Shown here in pieces: positions 1 through 18,804 of a stretch of 64,000 nt of DNA. The position numbers and the translations under genes are program-made. The notes beneath the pieces are model-generated. The model saw only the letters and a program-made list of their open reading frames with translations, was not told the DNA's origin and ran no database searches. Every line of letters starts with the position of its first letter. Positions within the stretch are counted from its first letter, which is position 1. Origin of the DNA: Eledone cirrhosa (Eukaryota); assembly GCA_964016885.1 (NCBI GenBank), contig OZ024748.1:9114001-9178000 (forward strand), read 5' to 3'.

Positions 1-168
1 GGCTGAGCTCAAGCCGTTTCGACGGCTAATTAGTCCAGAATTAGCCGTCGAAACGGCTTGAGCTCAGCCGTCGGGGCCCTACTCGTTCCTATTACCCACT
101 CTACTACCCTAAGTATTGAGTACTTTGGTGCGTTATGGTCCACCTGGTTCCTTACCATATTTCCTTCG

Positions 169-170
<2 letters not shown>
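1..170 (+). mobile_element. Family A palindromic hammerhead-derived (PLE-tail-like) element, copy 1, cut by the window start
   Basis: Inverted repeat centred on the loop at 29-41; GAAA-CGGC-ttgagctca-GCCG-TC (hammerhead stem III plus GUC); ACTC(98)...GAGT(118) hairpin; ends in (TA)n; homologous to 8624-8817, 15764-15952 and 63901-64000. Confidence 0.85.
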
Positions 171-1860
<1,690 letters not shown>

Positions 1861-2295
1861 AAAATGTGCGTAAAAGGATTTGGTGAAGATCAATGCGCAT
1901 GCGTTGTCTCCCTTCCCAATTTCACCAACGTACGTTTCTACAAAGTATCTGTTGTTGTATGTCTTTATAGTGGTTGCCTGAGGTCCAGAAAGTATAATTA
2001 GAATTGCGACCTTCTGGCAAGATCTACTGATTTGATGCTGTTCACTCCCTTGTTATACCGGTCTAACCCTTTTTATGCCACTGGGAAACTATTGATGATT
2101 CCACCTTCGACCTCTTCAATGCCAACTATTGACGGACACGAGATTTCAGGCTGTTAACTCTCTCCGATCAATAATCTCTAACCAGCTTCCTTCTCCATCG
2201 ACCATTACCAGCTGACTCTGAACACGAGTACTTACATATAATTACATGTATGTGTTAGTTATCTTCATGAATGTGTGTGTATATATATACTCTAG

Positions 2296-5200
2296 AGATA
2301 CATACACCACATAGACATACATACACCACATAGACATACATACACCTCATAGACATACATACACCACATAGACATACATACACCACATAGACATACATAC
2401 ACCTCATAGACATACATACACCACATAGACATACATACATTTCATAGACATACATACACCACATAGACATACATACACCACATAGACATACATACACCAC
2501 ATAGACATACATCTCATAGACATACATACACCACATAGACACATACATCTCATAGACATACATACACCACATAGACATACATACACCTCATAGACATACA
2601 TACACCTCATAGACATACATATACCACATAGACATACATACACCTCATAGACATACATACACCTCATAGACATACATACACCTCATAGACATACATACAC
2701 CTCATAGACATACATACACCACATAGACATACATACACCTCATAGACATACATACACCTCATAGACATACATACACCACATAGACATACATACACCTCAT
2801 AGACATACATACACCACTTAGACATACATACACCTCATAGACATACATACATCTCATAGACATACATACACCTCATAGACATACATACACCTCATAGACA
2901 TACATACACCTCATAGACATACATACATATCATAGACATACATACACCACATAGTCATACATACACCTCATAGACATACATACATCTCATAGACATACAC
3001 TTCATAGACATACATACACCTCATAGACATACATACATCTCATAGACATACATACACCTCATAGACATACATACATCTCATAGACATACATACACCACAT
3101 AGTCATACATACACCTCATAGACATACATACATCTCATAGACATACACTTCATAGACATACATACACCTCATAGACATACATACATCTCATAGACATACA
3201 CTTCATAGACATACATACACCTCATAGACATACATACATCTCATAGACATACATACACCACATAGTCATACATACACCTCATAGACATACATACATCTCA
3301 TAGACATACACTTCATAGACATACATACACCTCATAGACATACATACACCACATAGACATACATACACCACATAGACATACATACACCACATAGACATAC
3401 ATACACCACATAGACATACATACACCTCATAGACATACATACACCTCATAGACATACATACACCTCATAGACATACATACACCACATAGACATACATATA
3501 CCACATAGACATACATACACCACATAGACATACATACATCTCATAGACATACATACACCACATAGACATACATACACCACATAGACATACATACACCTCA
3601 TAGACATACATACACCACATAGACATACATACATCTCATAGACATACATACATCTCATAGACATACATACACCTCATAGACATACATACACCTCATAGAC
3701 ATACATACACCACATAGACATACATACACCACATAGACATACATACACCTCATAGACATACATACACCACATAGACATACATACACCACATAGACATACA
3801 TACACCACATAGACATACATACACCTCATAGACATACATACACCACATAGACATACATACATCTCATAGACATACATACATCTCATAGACATACATACAC
3901 CACATAGACATACACCACATAGACATACATACACCTCATAGACATACATACACCACATAGACATACATACATCTCATAGACATACATACACCACATAGAC
4001 ATACATACACCACATAGACATACATACACCACATAGACATACATACACCTCATAGACATACATACACCTCATAGACATACATACACTTCATAGACATACA
4101 TACATCTCATAGATACATACACCTCATAGACATACATACACCTCATAGACATACATACACCTCATAGACATACATACACCACATAGACATACATACATCT
4201 CATAGACATACATACACTTCATAGACATACATACACCACATAGACATACATACATCTCATAGACATACATACACCTCATAGACATACATACACCACATAG
4301 ACATACATACACCTCATAGACATACATACACCTCATAGACATACATACACCACATAGACATACATACACTTCATAGACATACATACACCTCATAGACATA
4401 CATACACCTCATAGACATACATACATCTCATAGACATACATACATCTCATAGACATACATACATCTCATAGACATACATACACCACATAGACATACATAC
4501 ACCACATAGACATACATACACCTCATAGACATACATACATATCATAGACATACATACATCTCATAGACATACATACACCTCATAGACATACATACACCTC
4601 ATAGACATACATACATCTCATAGACATACATACACCTCATAGACATACATACACCTCATAGACATACATACACCTCATAGACATACATACATCTCATAGA
4701 CATACATACATCTCATAGACATACATACACCACGTAGACATACATACATCTCATAGACATACATACATCTCATAGACATACATACATCTCATACACATAC
4801 ATACATCTCATAGACATACATACATCTCATAGACATACATACATCTCATAGACATACATACACCTCATAGACATACATACACCACATAGACATACATACA
4901 CCACATAGACATACATACACCACATAGACATACATACATCTCATAGACATACATACACCACATAGACATACATACACCACATAGACATACATACATCTCA
5001 TAGACATACATACACCACATAGACATACATACACCACATAGACATACATACACCTCATAGACATACATACACCACATAGACATACATACACCACATAGAC
5101 ATACATACACCTCATAGACATACATACACCACATAGACATACATACACCACATAGACATACATACACCTCATAGACATACATACACCACATAGACATACA

Positions 5201-6645
5201 TACACCTCATAGACATACATACACCACATAGACATACATACACCTCATAGACATACATACACCACATAGACATACATACACCTCATAGACATACATACAC
5301 CTCATAGACATACATACACCTCATAGACATACATACACCACATAGACATACATACACCACATAGACATACATACATCTCATAGACATACATACACCACAT
5401 AGACATACATACACCTCATAGACATACATACACCTCATAGACATACATACACCACATAGACATACATACACCACATAGACATACATACATCTCATAGACA
5501 TACATACACCTCATAGACATACATACACCACATAGACATACATACACCACATAGACATACATACATCTCATAGACATACATACACCACATAGACATACAT
5601 ACACCTCATAGACATACATACACCTCATAGACATACATACACCACATAGACATACATACACCTCATAGACATACATACATCTCATAGACATACATACACC
5701 TCATAGACATACATACACCTCATAGACATACATACACCTCATAGACATACATACACCTCATAGACATACATATACCTCATAGACATACATACACCTCATA
5801 GACATACATACACCACATAGACATACATACACCTCATAGACATACATACACCTCATAGACATACATACACCACATAGACATACATACACCTCATAGACAT
5901 ACATACACCACATAGACATACATATACCTCATAGACATACATACATCTCATAGACATACATACACCTCATAGACATACATACACCTCATAGACATACATA
6001 CACCACATAGACATACATACACCTCATAGACATACATACACCACATAGACATACATATACCTCATAGACATACATACATCTCATAGACATACATACACCT
6101 CATAGACATACATACATCTCATAGACATACATACACCTCATAGACATACATACACCTCATAGACATACATACACCTCATAGACATACATACACCTCATAG
6201 ACATACATACACCACATAGACATACATACATCTCATAGACATACATACACCTCATAGACATACATACACCACATAGACATACATACACCACATAGACATA
6301 CATACACCTCATAGACATACATACACCTCATAGACATACATACACCACATAGACATACATACACCACATAGACATACATACACCACATAGACACATACAC
6401 CTCATAGACATACATACACCTCATAGACATACATACACCACATAGACATACATACACCACATAGACATACATACACCACATAGACATACATACACCTCAT
6501 AGACATACATACACCTCATAGACATACATACACCTCATAGACATACATACACCTCATAGACATACATACACCTCATAGACATACATACACCACATAGACA
6601 TACATACACCACATAGACATACATACACCACATAGACACATACAC
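2296..6645. repeat. 19-bp minisatellite (CATAGACATACATACA-CCA/CCT/TCT), roughly 230 units
   Basis: Direct tandem periodicity of 19 with three main variants and occasional 15-bp deletion units. Confidence 0.97.
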
Positions 6646-7169
6646 ATACTGCAAGGCATAAATATATACATATGTATTTATTCCTTGCTTCAATACATAC
6701 ACACACATCACATAAACTGCAAAATATACATCTATAGAGTCGACTGTATATCATAACATGGACACACACACATACACATACATGTACACACACACACACA
6801 CACACACACATACACACACGCGCGTACATACACACACGTACACACACACACACTGCAAAACAATCCCATTATATATATTCTCCTCTACATCAACACAGAG
6901 ACATATGCGCACTCATAGACACACACACACATACACTGCAAGACAAACACATTCATACATATATATATATATTTATTTATTTATATACACAGACCCACAC
7001 AGCAAAACACATAGACATAAGCACACGTACACATACCTTCTGTACATCAAACCATACATATAGACACAAACACACATATACACACCTGTACATCAAACCA
7101 TAGACACATACATACACAGATGGTAGAAGAGCTACGCACATATATCCTTGTACATATATCATATATATA

Positions 7170-8015
7170 TAGATAGAGGGAGAGAGAGAGAGGTAGAGAG
7201 GGAGAGAGGGAGGTAGAGAGGTAGAGAGGGAGAGAGAGGTATAAAGGGAGAGAGGGAGAGAGACAGAGAGGGGTATAGAGGGAGAGAGAAGTATAGAGGG
7301 AGAGAGAGAGGTATAAAGGGAGAGAGAGAGGTATAAAGCGAGAGAGAGAGAGACAGACAGAGAGAGGTAAATATATATAAAGAGACACAGAGAGAGGTGT
7401 ACATATATATAGAGAGTGAAAGGTATAGAAGGAGAGAGAGAGACAGAGGAGGTGTATATATATATATAAAGAGAGACAGGGAGAGGTGTACATATATATA
7501 TAGAGAGAGATAGGTATAGAGAGAGACAGAGACAGAAAGAGGTATATATATATAAAGAGACACAGGGAGAGGTGTACATATATATATAGAGAGAAAGAGA
7601 GAGGTATAGAAGGAGAGAGAGAGACAGAGAGAGGTATATATATATAAAGAGACACAGGGAGAGGTGTACATATATATATAGAGAGAGAGAGAGGTATAGA
7701 AGGAGAGAGAGAGACAGAGAGAGGTATATATATATAAAGAGACACAGGGAGAGGTGTACATATATATATATATAGAGAGAGAGGTATAGAAGGAGAGAGA
7801 GAGACAGAGAGAGGTATATATATATATATAAAGAGACACAGGGAGAGGTGTACATATATATATATAGAGGGAGAGAGAGACAGGGAGAGGTGTACATATA
7901 TATATATATAGAGAGAGAGAGAGGTATAGAGGGAGAGAGAGAGAGACAGGGAGAGGTACATATATATATAGAGAGAGAGATAGAGGTATATATAGAGAGA
8001 GAGACGGGGGAGAGA
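7170..8015. repeat. AG/TA-rich compound tandem repeat with ~90-100 bp higher-order units
   Basis: Recurring block AAAGAGACACAGGGAGAGGTGTACA(TA)n(GA)nGGTATAGAAGG. Confidence 0.85.
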
Positions 8016-8224
8016 TGATCTCCCTCTCCCTTCACAACACTATAGAGACACAACTCTAATCTGTAACACCAAATATTTCCAGTATGTAACATTAACTCTG
8101 AAGAACTAGTCAAAGAATCACGTGATCACATAGGCAACATGCGCACAACCTATGTATATATAATGGCTGTAAATACATACATACATATGTATATATGTGG
8201 GGGGGGGGATATATGAATGAGAGT

Positions 8225-8623
<399 letters not shown>

Positions 8624-8628
<5 letters not shown>

Positions 8629-8815
8629 AAAAAGTATGACCCCGACGGCAGAGGTTAAGCCGTTTCGACGGCTATTTCTGGACTAAATAGCCGTCGAAAC
8701 GGCTTGAGCTCTGCCGTCGGGGTCATACTTTTTCCTATTTCCCACTCTACTACCCTAAGTATTGAGTACTCTGGTGCGTTATATGTCCATCTGGTTCCTT
8801 ACCACAATTCCTTTG

Positions 8816-8817
<2 letters not shown>
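8624..8817 (+). mobile_element. Family A palindromic hammerhead-derived element, copy 2 (complete)
   Basis: Palindrome 8624-8738 with loop 8675-8687; GAAA 8696-8699, stem III, GTC 8716-8718; bulged hairpin 8744-8770; (TA)n on both sides. Confidence 0.9.
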
Positions 8818-8885
<68 letters not shown>

Positions 8886-9099
8886 GACGTAAAATAAGAA
8901 AATTTTAAAAATTAAAAATCAACTTACTTACTAAAATGTTCACTCCAACTAATTAATAAGACATAACTTATATATTTGCTAGCATGAGTGTACATCTGTA
9001 CGCATATGTTGGTAGATGTACTAATTCTCTCTCTATATATATATATGCATATATGTCTCCGTGTAAAGATATACACTGACATTAAGATATACAGATATA

Positions 9100-9135
9100 G
9101 CAAGAGTGCCAAATACATATATACAGAGCTAACAT

Positions 9136-9180
<45 letters not shown>

Positions 9181-11040
9181 TATTGCTGCCATACAGATAT
9201 ACAGTGCTACCACACATACATATATACAGTGCCACATACATATACAGTGCTGCGATACACAGATATATATATAGTGCCACATACACATATATACACAGTG
9301 CCACATACATATACAGAGCTAACATACACATACATATATATATAGAGCTACATACATATATATATATATATTGCTGCCATACACATATACAGTGATACCA
9401 CACATACATATATACAGTGCCACATACATATACAGTGCTGCGATACACAGATATATATATAGTGCCACATACACATATATATACAGTGCCACATACATAT
9501 ACAGAGCTAACATACACATACATATATATATAGAGCTACATACATATATATATATATATTGCTGCCATACATATATATATAGTGCCACATACATATATAT
9601 ATATAGTGCCACATACATATATATATAGTGCCACATACATATACAGAGCTAACATACACATACATATATATATAGAGCTACATACATATATATATATATA
9701 TTGCTGCCATACATATATATATAGTGCCACATACATATATATATATAGTGCCACATACATATATATATATATATATAGGGTCACATACATATATATATAT
9801 AGTGCCACATACACACATATACATAGGGCCACATACACATATATATGTATAGGGCCACATACATATACAGTGCTGCGATACACATATATATATATAGTAC
9901 CACATACATATACAGTGCTGCCATACACATATATATATATAGTACCACATACATATATATATAGTGCCACATACATATATATATATATATAGTGCCACAT
10001 ACATATATATATATATAGTGCCACATACATATATATATATATAGTGCCACATACATATATATATATATATAGGGCCACATACATATATATAGTGCCACAT
10101 ACATATATATATAGTGCCACATACATATATATAGTGCCACATACATATATATATATATATAGTGCCACATACATATATATATATATAGTGCCACATACAT
10201 ATATATATATATAGTACCACATACATATATATATAGTGCCACATACATATATATATATATATAGTGCCACATACATATATATATATATAGTGCCACATAC
10301 ATATATATATATATAGTGCCACATACATATATATATAGTGCCACATACATATATATATATATAGTACCACATACATATATATATAGTGCCACATACATAT
10401 ATATATATATATAGTGCCACATACATATATATATATATAGTGCCACATACATATATATATATATAGTACCACATACATATATATATAGTGCCACATACAT
10501 ATATATATATATATAGTGCCACATACATATATATATATATATAGTGCCACATACATATATATATATATAGTGCCACATACATATATATATATATAGTGCC
10601 ACATACATATATATATATATAGTGCCACATACATATATATATATATAGTGCCACATACATATATATATATATAGTGCCACATACATATATATATATAGTG
10701 CCACATACATATATATATATAGTGCCACATACATATATATATATATAGTGCCACATACATATATATATATATATAGGGCCACATACATATATATAGTGCC
10801 ACATACATATATATATAGTGCCACATACATATATATATAGTGCCACATATATATATATATATATATAGGGCCACATACATATATATAGTGCCACATACAT
10901 ACATATATATATATATAGCCCCACATACATATACATAGAGAGCCACATACATACATATATATAGTCCCACATACATACATATATATAGGACCACATACAT
11001 ATATAGAGAGCCACACACATATACATAGTGCTACTGTACA
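9100..11040. repeat. AGTGCCACATACAT(AT)n minisatellite with ~188-bp higher-order block at its left end
   Basis: Direct tandem periodicity with a variable (AT)n spacer. Confidence 0.93.
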
Positions 11041-11189
11041 TATAAGGCAGCATTTCTGTTGTCTTAGTTCAGTGGACATTATCTTCAAGGCATATCTGCC
11101 TAGCCAACCATTTCACTTCCTGCTTTCCACCATTGCCTCTGTCACGTGAACAGCTACACACTGTCATACCAATGGTGGCTGTCACTAGA

Positions 11190-11383
11190 GACAGTACCAA
11201 CACCACCACCACTACCACCACCACCACTACCACCAACACTACCATCATTTGCCACCAACACCACCACCACCACCACCATTGCCATCACAACATTGCCACC
11301 GCCACCATTGCCTCTACCACTACCACCAACACCACCACCATTGCCACTACAACATAACCACCACCACCAACACCACCACCGCC

Positions 11384-11415
<32 letters not shown>

Positions 11416-12280
11416 CACCACCACCACCACCACCACCACCACCACCAATACCACCACCACTACCACCACCACCACCACTACTACTCCACCACAACCCCCA
11501 CCACCACAACAACAACCCATTAACCCTACCGCCACTACTACCATCACCACCATCATTGCCACTACCACTACCACCAACACCACCACCATTTCCACTACAA
11601 CATAACCACCACAGCCCCCACCACTACCACCACAATTACTCTACCACAACCCCCACCACCACAACAATAAGCCATTAACCCTACCCCAACTACCACCACC
11701 ATCACCACCACCACTACCACCACCACCACCACCACCAACACCACCACCACCACCACCCCACCATCACCACCACCATTGCCACTACCACTACCACAACAAC
11801 AACCCATTAACCCTACCCCCACTACCACCACCACCACCACTACCACCACAACCACCACTACCACTACCACCACAACCCCCACTACCACAACAACAACCCA
11901 TTAACCCTACCCCCACTACCACCACCACCACTACCACCACCACCACCACCACCACTACCACCACCACCACCACCACTCCAATACCACCACCACCATCGCC
12001 ACCACCATTGCCACTACCACTACCACCACAACCCCCACCACCACAACAACAACCCATTAACCCTACCCCCACTACCACCACCATCGCCACCACCACCACC
12101 ACCACCACCACCAACACCACCACCACCACCACCACTCCACTACCACCACCACCATCACCACCATCATTGCCACTACCACTACCACCACAACCCCCACCAC
12201 CACAACAACAACCCATTAACCCTACCCCACTACCACCAACACCACTACCACCACCACCACCACCACCACCACCACCACCC
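11190..12280. repeat. (ACC/CAC/ACT)n trinucleotide field with recurring CAACAACCCATTAACCCTACCCC unit
   Basis: Seen directly. Confidence 0.9.
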
Positions 12281-12486
12281 TACCTATCTATAGCCTCACC
12301 TTATTCTCTACAGTCCTCTCCAGACATTACCCAGCTTTATATAACTCCACTCCTATGTTTAGGGATCTTCTATTGACATCTCACATTGGTTCTATTACAC
12401 TCCTTCCTTCTTCTTCTCTTCTTCCCTCGCTCTATTCCACTCTCTCACCTCGCTTTTTCATTCTCTTTCTTATTCTCTCTCTCTCT

Positions 12487-12914
<428 letters not shown>

Positions 12915-12919
12915 GTATA

Positions 12920-12986
<67 letters not shown>

Positions 12987-13087
12987 GGCTGACTGAAAAT
13001 ACACATGCAATTTCTCAAACTATATTTTTCTGTTCCATCCTCTTCCCACTCCTCTCTATCTTTGTGTTTCTTCTTCTACTTCTCATT

Positions 13088-13337
<250 letters not shown>

Positions 13338-13878
13338 CTGGATCGGAATGTAAGTGCATTGCATAAATAGATTCAACATTCAACATTATTTAGAAAGTTG
13401 GTGGATGTTGTGTGAGAGATAACTGATAAGAGGTGGGAAAGGAGAGAGAAATAATAGAGAGATAAAAATATTGAAATAGAAATTATTTTTCAACATAAAT
13501 CAAAAACTGAAGCAGCTCACGTACCTTCAACTAAGAACTGTTCACTTCGAGAAGTTTCGATAACAACATAAACCGAATTCTCAAAAACCATTTGGACACA
13601 ATCGTAAAATATAACATAATGCAACAGTTTTAAGAGAAAAAAAATGGCGTTCATAATTTGAGATAAACATTTTCACTGCATTGATAATCTGCGCAAACTA
13701 TTTTTGCTTCGAAATTTTTTATATTTCTGTCGGGTCGATTCTATATTGTTCGAATCAATCCAGAAAGCAACCAAAGAAATTAAGCACTAAGATTTATAGA
13801 ATTCAGAGAGTTCACGATTGTTTCACGATCATTTCCACCTTATATAGAAATGTTAGTGATAAGACAAATGTTAATGAG

Positions 13879-13929
<51 letters not shown>

Positions 13930-14040
13930 CAGAAGCTCATACATACATACATAAAGAAATATGCATATCTATAAATACATGCACGCATACATACAGACAG
14001 GCACGCGCATACACAAACGTGCTCATGATCACAATAAACA

Positions 14041-14113
14041 ACCTGGTCCAGGAACCGAACCCACGATATTATGATTGTAAGTACAACACCCTAACCATGA
14101 GGCCACGCACCTT
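14041..14113 (-). mobile_element. tRNA-derived SINE head
   Basis: Minus strand reads TGGCCTCATGG (A-box-like) ... GGTTCGGTTCC (B-box-like) with tRNA-like spacing. Confidence 0.65.
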
Positions 14114-14116
14114 CAG

Positions 14117-14158
<42 letters not shown>

Positions 14159-14299
14159 CATATGTAAAAAAAAGAATTCAATAAAACTACTCAGATATGC
14201 ATAGATGCATTACATCCTCAAATACCCATCCACGTTTACCACCTTACCCATATACACAGCTATTAACAGAAGCAGTTATGCCCTTACACTCACACACAC

Positions 14300-14783
14300 A
14301 CACACACACATACCCACCCCACCCCATCACATACTGACATACCCACACACACACCCCACCCCATCACATACTGACATACCCACACACACACACCACACCC
14401 CATCACATACTGACTTACCCTAACACTACTACCTATGTCATCACAATCCCACAAACCCACCCACCCACCCCACCCCATCACATACTGACATGCCCACCCA
14501 CCCACCCCACCTCATCATATACTGCCATACCCACCCACCCACCTCTCCCCATCACATACTGACTTACCCTAACACAACTACCTATGTCCTCACAATCCCA
14601 CATACCCACCCACCCCACCCCATCACATACTGACTTACCCACCCACCCCACCCCACCTCATCATATACTGCCATACCCACCCACCTCTTCCCATCACATA
14701 CTGACTTACCCTAACACAACTACCTATGTCCTCACAATCCCACATACCCACCCACCCACCCCACCCCATCATATACTGACTTA
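14300..14783. repeat. C-rich minisatellite (CCCATCACATACTGAC core)
   Basis: Tandem copies with TGACTTACCCTAACACAACTACCTATGTC subunits. Confidence 0.85.
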
Positions 14784-14840
14784 CCCTAACCCTAACCCTA
14801 ACCCTAACCCTAACCCTAACCCTAACCCTAACCCTAACCC
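14784..14840 (-). repeat. Interstitial telomeric repeat (TTAGGG)9.5
   Basis: Nine perfect CCCTAA units plus CCC on the + strand. Confidence 0.95.
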
Positions 14841-15015
14841 GTCCTTCAATACAATGTCTTGACAACAGTTGTAATATCGTAAATATGTTTTATCATTTAG
14901 AGCGTTGTTAGTGTTGTTGTTTAGCGTTCATCCCTGTAATCATTCTCCGCTTCAACTCTGTTTCTCTCTTTGACCACCCTTCTCTCACCATCCCTAACTC
15001 CAAATATATATACAC

Positions 15016-15064
<49 letters not shown>

Positions 15065-15066
15065 AG

Positions 15067-15101
<35 letters not shown>

Positions 15102-15150
15102 GTATATATATATATATATAAGTATATATGTATATATATATATATGTATG

Positions 15151-15182
<32 letters not shown>

Positions 15183-15243
15183 TAAGTATATATGTATATA
15201 TATATATCCATCCCTAAATCCGAATATATATATATACATATAA

Positions 15244-15290
<47 letters not shown>

Positions 15291-15763
15291 AGACCCCCAC
15301 CTCACTCCACATAGCCACACACTCCCACCCATATTATCGTTCGTACACTCAAGACTTACTTCTAACGAATCATTAGAATACATATGTTTTATCACTTATT
15401 TCACAATTATCTCTATTTCGCCCCACTCCCCACACAAGGAACCCTGCTCGTCTATTAAGACAACTTCCCATCTACCCGCCCCCTAGCCCACCCTCCTATC
15501 CCCACCTCCTATCCCGACCGTCTAACATCTATGCAACGGTCTCCCTCTTCACCAGAAACCCATAGATAAACCCTAAACCTCAATTTATTAAACGAGACAC
15601 TAACACCAACACCTCTCCAACCCTTTATAGCCACCCGCCTAATAACTCTACCCTTAAACTACTCCTGTTATATTCCTCAGGGAACATTCCGTCTCCTGTA
15701 TATAACCAAATATAGAACCCATGAAATAGAATTGATAATCACAATTTTCCGAATTAATATATA

Positions 15764-15946
15764 CGTATAGGAAGTGTGGTAAGGAACCAGATGGACCATA
15801 ACGCACCAGAGTACTCAATACTTAGAGTAGTAGAGTGGGTAATAGGGAAATGTTTAACCCCGGCGGCAGAGCTCAAGCTGTTTCGACGGCTATTTCTGAA
15901 ATAGCCGTCGAAATGGCTTGAGCTCTGCCATTGGGGTTAAACATTT

Positions 15947-15952
<6 letters not shown>
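15764..15952 (-). mobile_element. Family A palindromic hammerhead-derived element, copy 3
   Basis: Reverse complement of the family A tail; palindrome 15842-15952 with short loop TATTTCTGAAATA; bulged hairpin 15810-15836; abuts (TA)n. Confidence 0.9.
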
Positions 15953-15990
<38 letters not shown>

Positions 15991-15999
15991 GTATTGTAT

Positions 16000-16318
16000 A
16001 TTTAATAATATCCCGGATGTTTATGAAAAACAGGAGGAAGTAATCAATGATGTTACCGTTTCTCACTCATAAGAGGTTATTAAGACTACATATCTCCCTG
16101 CCTTTTCTGAGGCTAAAGAACGCTAGATTCTTATAGAATTCTGCTTATGTTTATGAGCTGATGAAACTCATTTGCATACGGAGTGGTAGACATAGCGATA
16201 TGCATTGTTCAATTTCTTTTGTGTGTATTTATTTATGGGGGGCTCTTTCTTTTTTTTTTTACGTTTCTTTCATCAGATAGTATATCTTCTCCAGCAGTGA
16301 ATATATCAAATTTCCCAC

Positions 16319-16372
<54 letters not shown>

Positions 16373-16900
16373 CATATACTTTCAGTCGAATACAGAGTCT
16401 AGTTTGATTGATAGCATTCCAGATAGATAGAAGTCGAAGTTAGCAATGTGGTTATACTAGCTTTATCGATACATCTATAATTCTGGGTATATTTGCTTTA
16501 CTTGTAAACCTTTAACTCTATTGCTACAATAGAGAAATACAATAGCAATGAAGGAGAAAATCTGCAGAGTTCTTGTGGGTGTGAAGGAAACGTCTTTTGG
16601 TATTGAGTTACCTTCCTGTGGTTCTTTACGTTCTGATTTCAAATGTAAGCAAGATTAACTTCTGTTTTACGTTGGGTATCGATAACTAATAATTCCAGAC
16701 TAATACAGGTGTTAATATCAATGACTATGGCCCGCCACCACAAAATATCTTGTCTGTATTCAATATATAAGTGATATATATCATTGCTTCCTTCTCTGTC
16801 TAAATAGGTGTTATAGTTACTGAGAATAAACTCTAAAGAATTCTTTAATATAAAGTCCACATATGATAATCTTCACACGTTTCTGATCAAGTGTTCACAC
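16000..16900 (-). pseudogene. Heavily decayed Penelope-like RT/EN remnant interrupted by (TA)n
   Basis: Minus-strand peptides in the expected order: RLSYVDFILKNSLEFILSN (cf. PLE RFSxxFILExLxFILxNN), PSHPQ, KQIYPEL..IDKA (cf. KQxYPxxLIxxGIxKA), INTHK..LN; many frameshifts and stops. Confidence 0.45.
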
Positions 16901-16981
16901 ACACTGCTTACTTTGTATAATATGGTTGTATCTATCGGCGTTTATTTTATATACACATGAATGTATATCAATAAGGTGCTA

Positions 16982-17112
<131 letters not shown>

Positions 17113-17288
17113 TCATGTGTATTCAAAGAAAATACATATTTACTTACACGAGCGCACGCACACATACACAACACAAACCGTCTCCTCACGCATACATTCA
17201 TTCATACATGCATACATGTATACATACATACATACATACATACATACATACATACATACATACATACATACATACATACATACATACA

Positions 17289-17748
17289 TGGTGGCTGCCA
17301 ACTCGTTTTCGAGTACGGCCACTACTTTATATCTATGTAGGAGAACCCTTACCGATGCGCTGAACGAGTGTGACATTTTAGTCCAGCCAGCGACTTGAAA
17401 ACTCTGGTACAAACACTACATTTGTGACAATTATTGACACATAGTGCTGGGCCCATGGTACCATGTGACGACAAGTGCAGAGAGATCTCCAGATATAAAG
17501 CAATGCCTGTGCCGTGAAGCTTTTATAGTGAGCAAAGGGACTGCATAAAGCCAGTCCCACTCTCTTAATCAAGATGATATTTACCAAAAAGAAGAACAAG
17601 TCAACATCATTGGATACCATCAGGGTTGCAGGTGTTATATCAGAGTTTTCCTTTTCCTAGAATTCTGCCTTGACAAAGACTAAGGGGTCATCTCTCCCGG
17701 TGATTTTGGATGGCCATTGACTCTTAAGAGCTCCTTTGCCCTTTGACA
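17289..17748 (-). mobile_element. RTE-derived non-autonomous element, copy 1
   Basis: Colinear similarity to 27368-27990; RTE-like 3' end (CTCGAAAACGAG..GCAGCCA) running into (ATGT)n and an RTE 5'UTR-like CTAGGAAAAGGAAAACTCTGA motif. Confidence 0.6.
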
Positions 17749-17803
17749 TACATACACACATACATACATGCATACATACTGATAAGTATATAAAGACTTG
17801 TAT

Positions 17804-17900
<97 letters not shown>

Positions 17901-18804
17901 ATGACAGACAGACAGACTGACACCCAGACAGACAGACTGACAGATAGACAGCTTGCTTTATAATACAAGTCCTATAATGTTGTCTCTACTTATACACACA
18001 TGTTTCTGAAGTATGATATTCCTGTTCTGTTGGACATTGACCAAATACTTTGATCGATTGAACTTCAGAAGCAGAGTTGTATCTACTGTCGTGCTAGTTC
18101 CCAGAAGAACGAGAAATTTCTGACATGACAGAATCACACTAATATTATCGATTCTACTGCACGTTCCTGTAGAGAATTCTTTACATCTGCAGGGAAGTAA
18201 AAGAGATGGCAAAGCATCCTCTCTGATGTGTTATAACGTTTTATGATAATTTACTCTGATGTTTCGTCGATGGAGGGCTTGCCCGAAGACAAACAGATGC
18301 AAATTGATGCAGTCACAGGCATCTAATGAAGTGTTATCAATGTGTGTATGGTCGTAGAAATATATTCGTGTTGTTCAGAGATGTTCGGAGATGTTCGGGG
18401 ATGATCGCTGTTGTTCAGTGCAATTCGAAATTGTTTACTAGTAGTTTCCTTATCGCAGCATTCGTTATCGTTATATATATATGGTAGTTCTATGAACCTC
18501 GTTTATCTCCCTTGTTGGTCTTCTCGTCGCCATTAATGTTAGATCTGTCCATGTATAGTGATGTCAAGAAACCAGGCCACTCCATACATATTACAGCCTT
18601 CTTAACTGAGAAGTCAATCTACAACCCCACCACCACCACCACCACCACCATCAGATACTATAGTTTCACACCGACACACCAAACATGCCATATTCATCCT
18701 AAGAAATATTCTTTAAAGGGGAAATGTCAAGTTGGTTTCATTCACCATGAGTCACCGACACACAAACCACTTCTCACAAATCATAGAAACGCACCAGCAA
18801 TTGT

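Noticed and set aside
2296-6645. CRISPR-like regular array
   Set aside because: Units are contiguous with no unique spacers; the context is eukaryotic and there are no cas genes.
8624-8817. Tc1/mariner-type MITE interpretation of the palindromes (TA flanks)
   Set aside because: The elements are asymmetric (palindrome plus unique tail), have almost no spacer, lack shared terminal motifs and contain hammerhead motifs, which fits PLE fold-back better.
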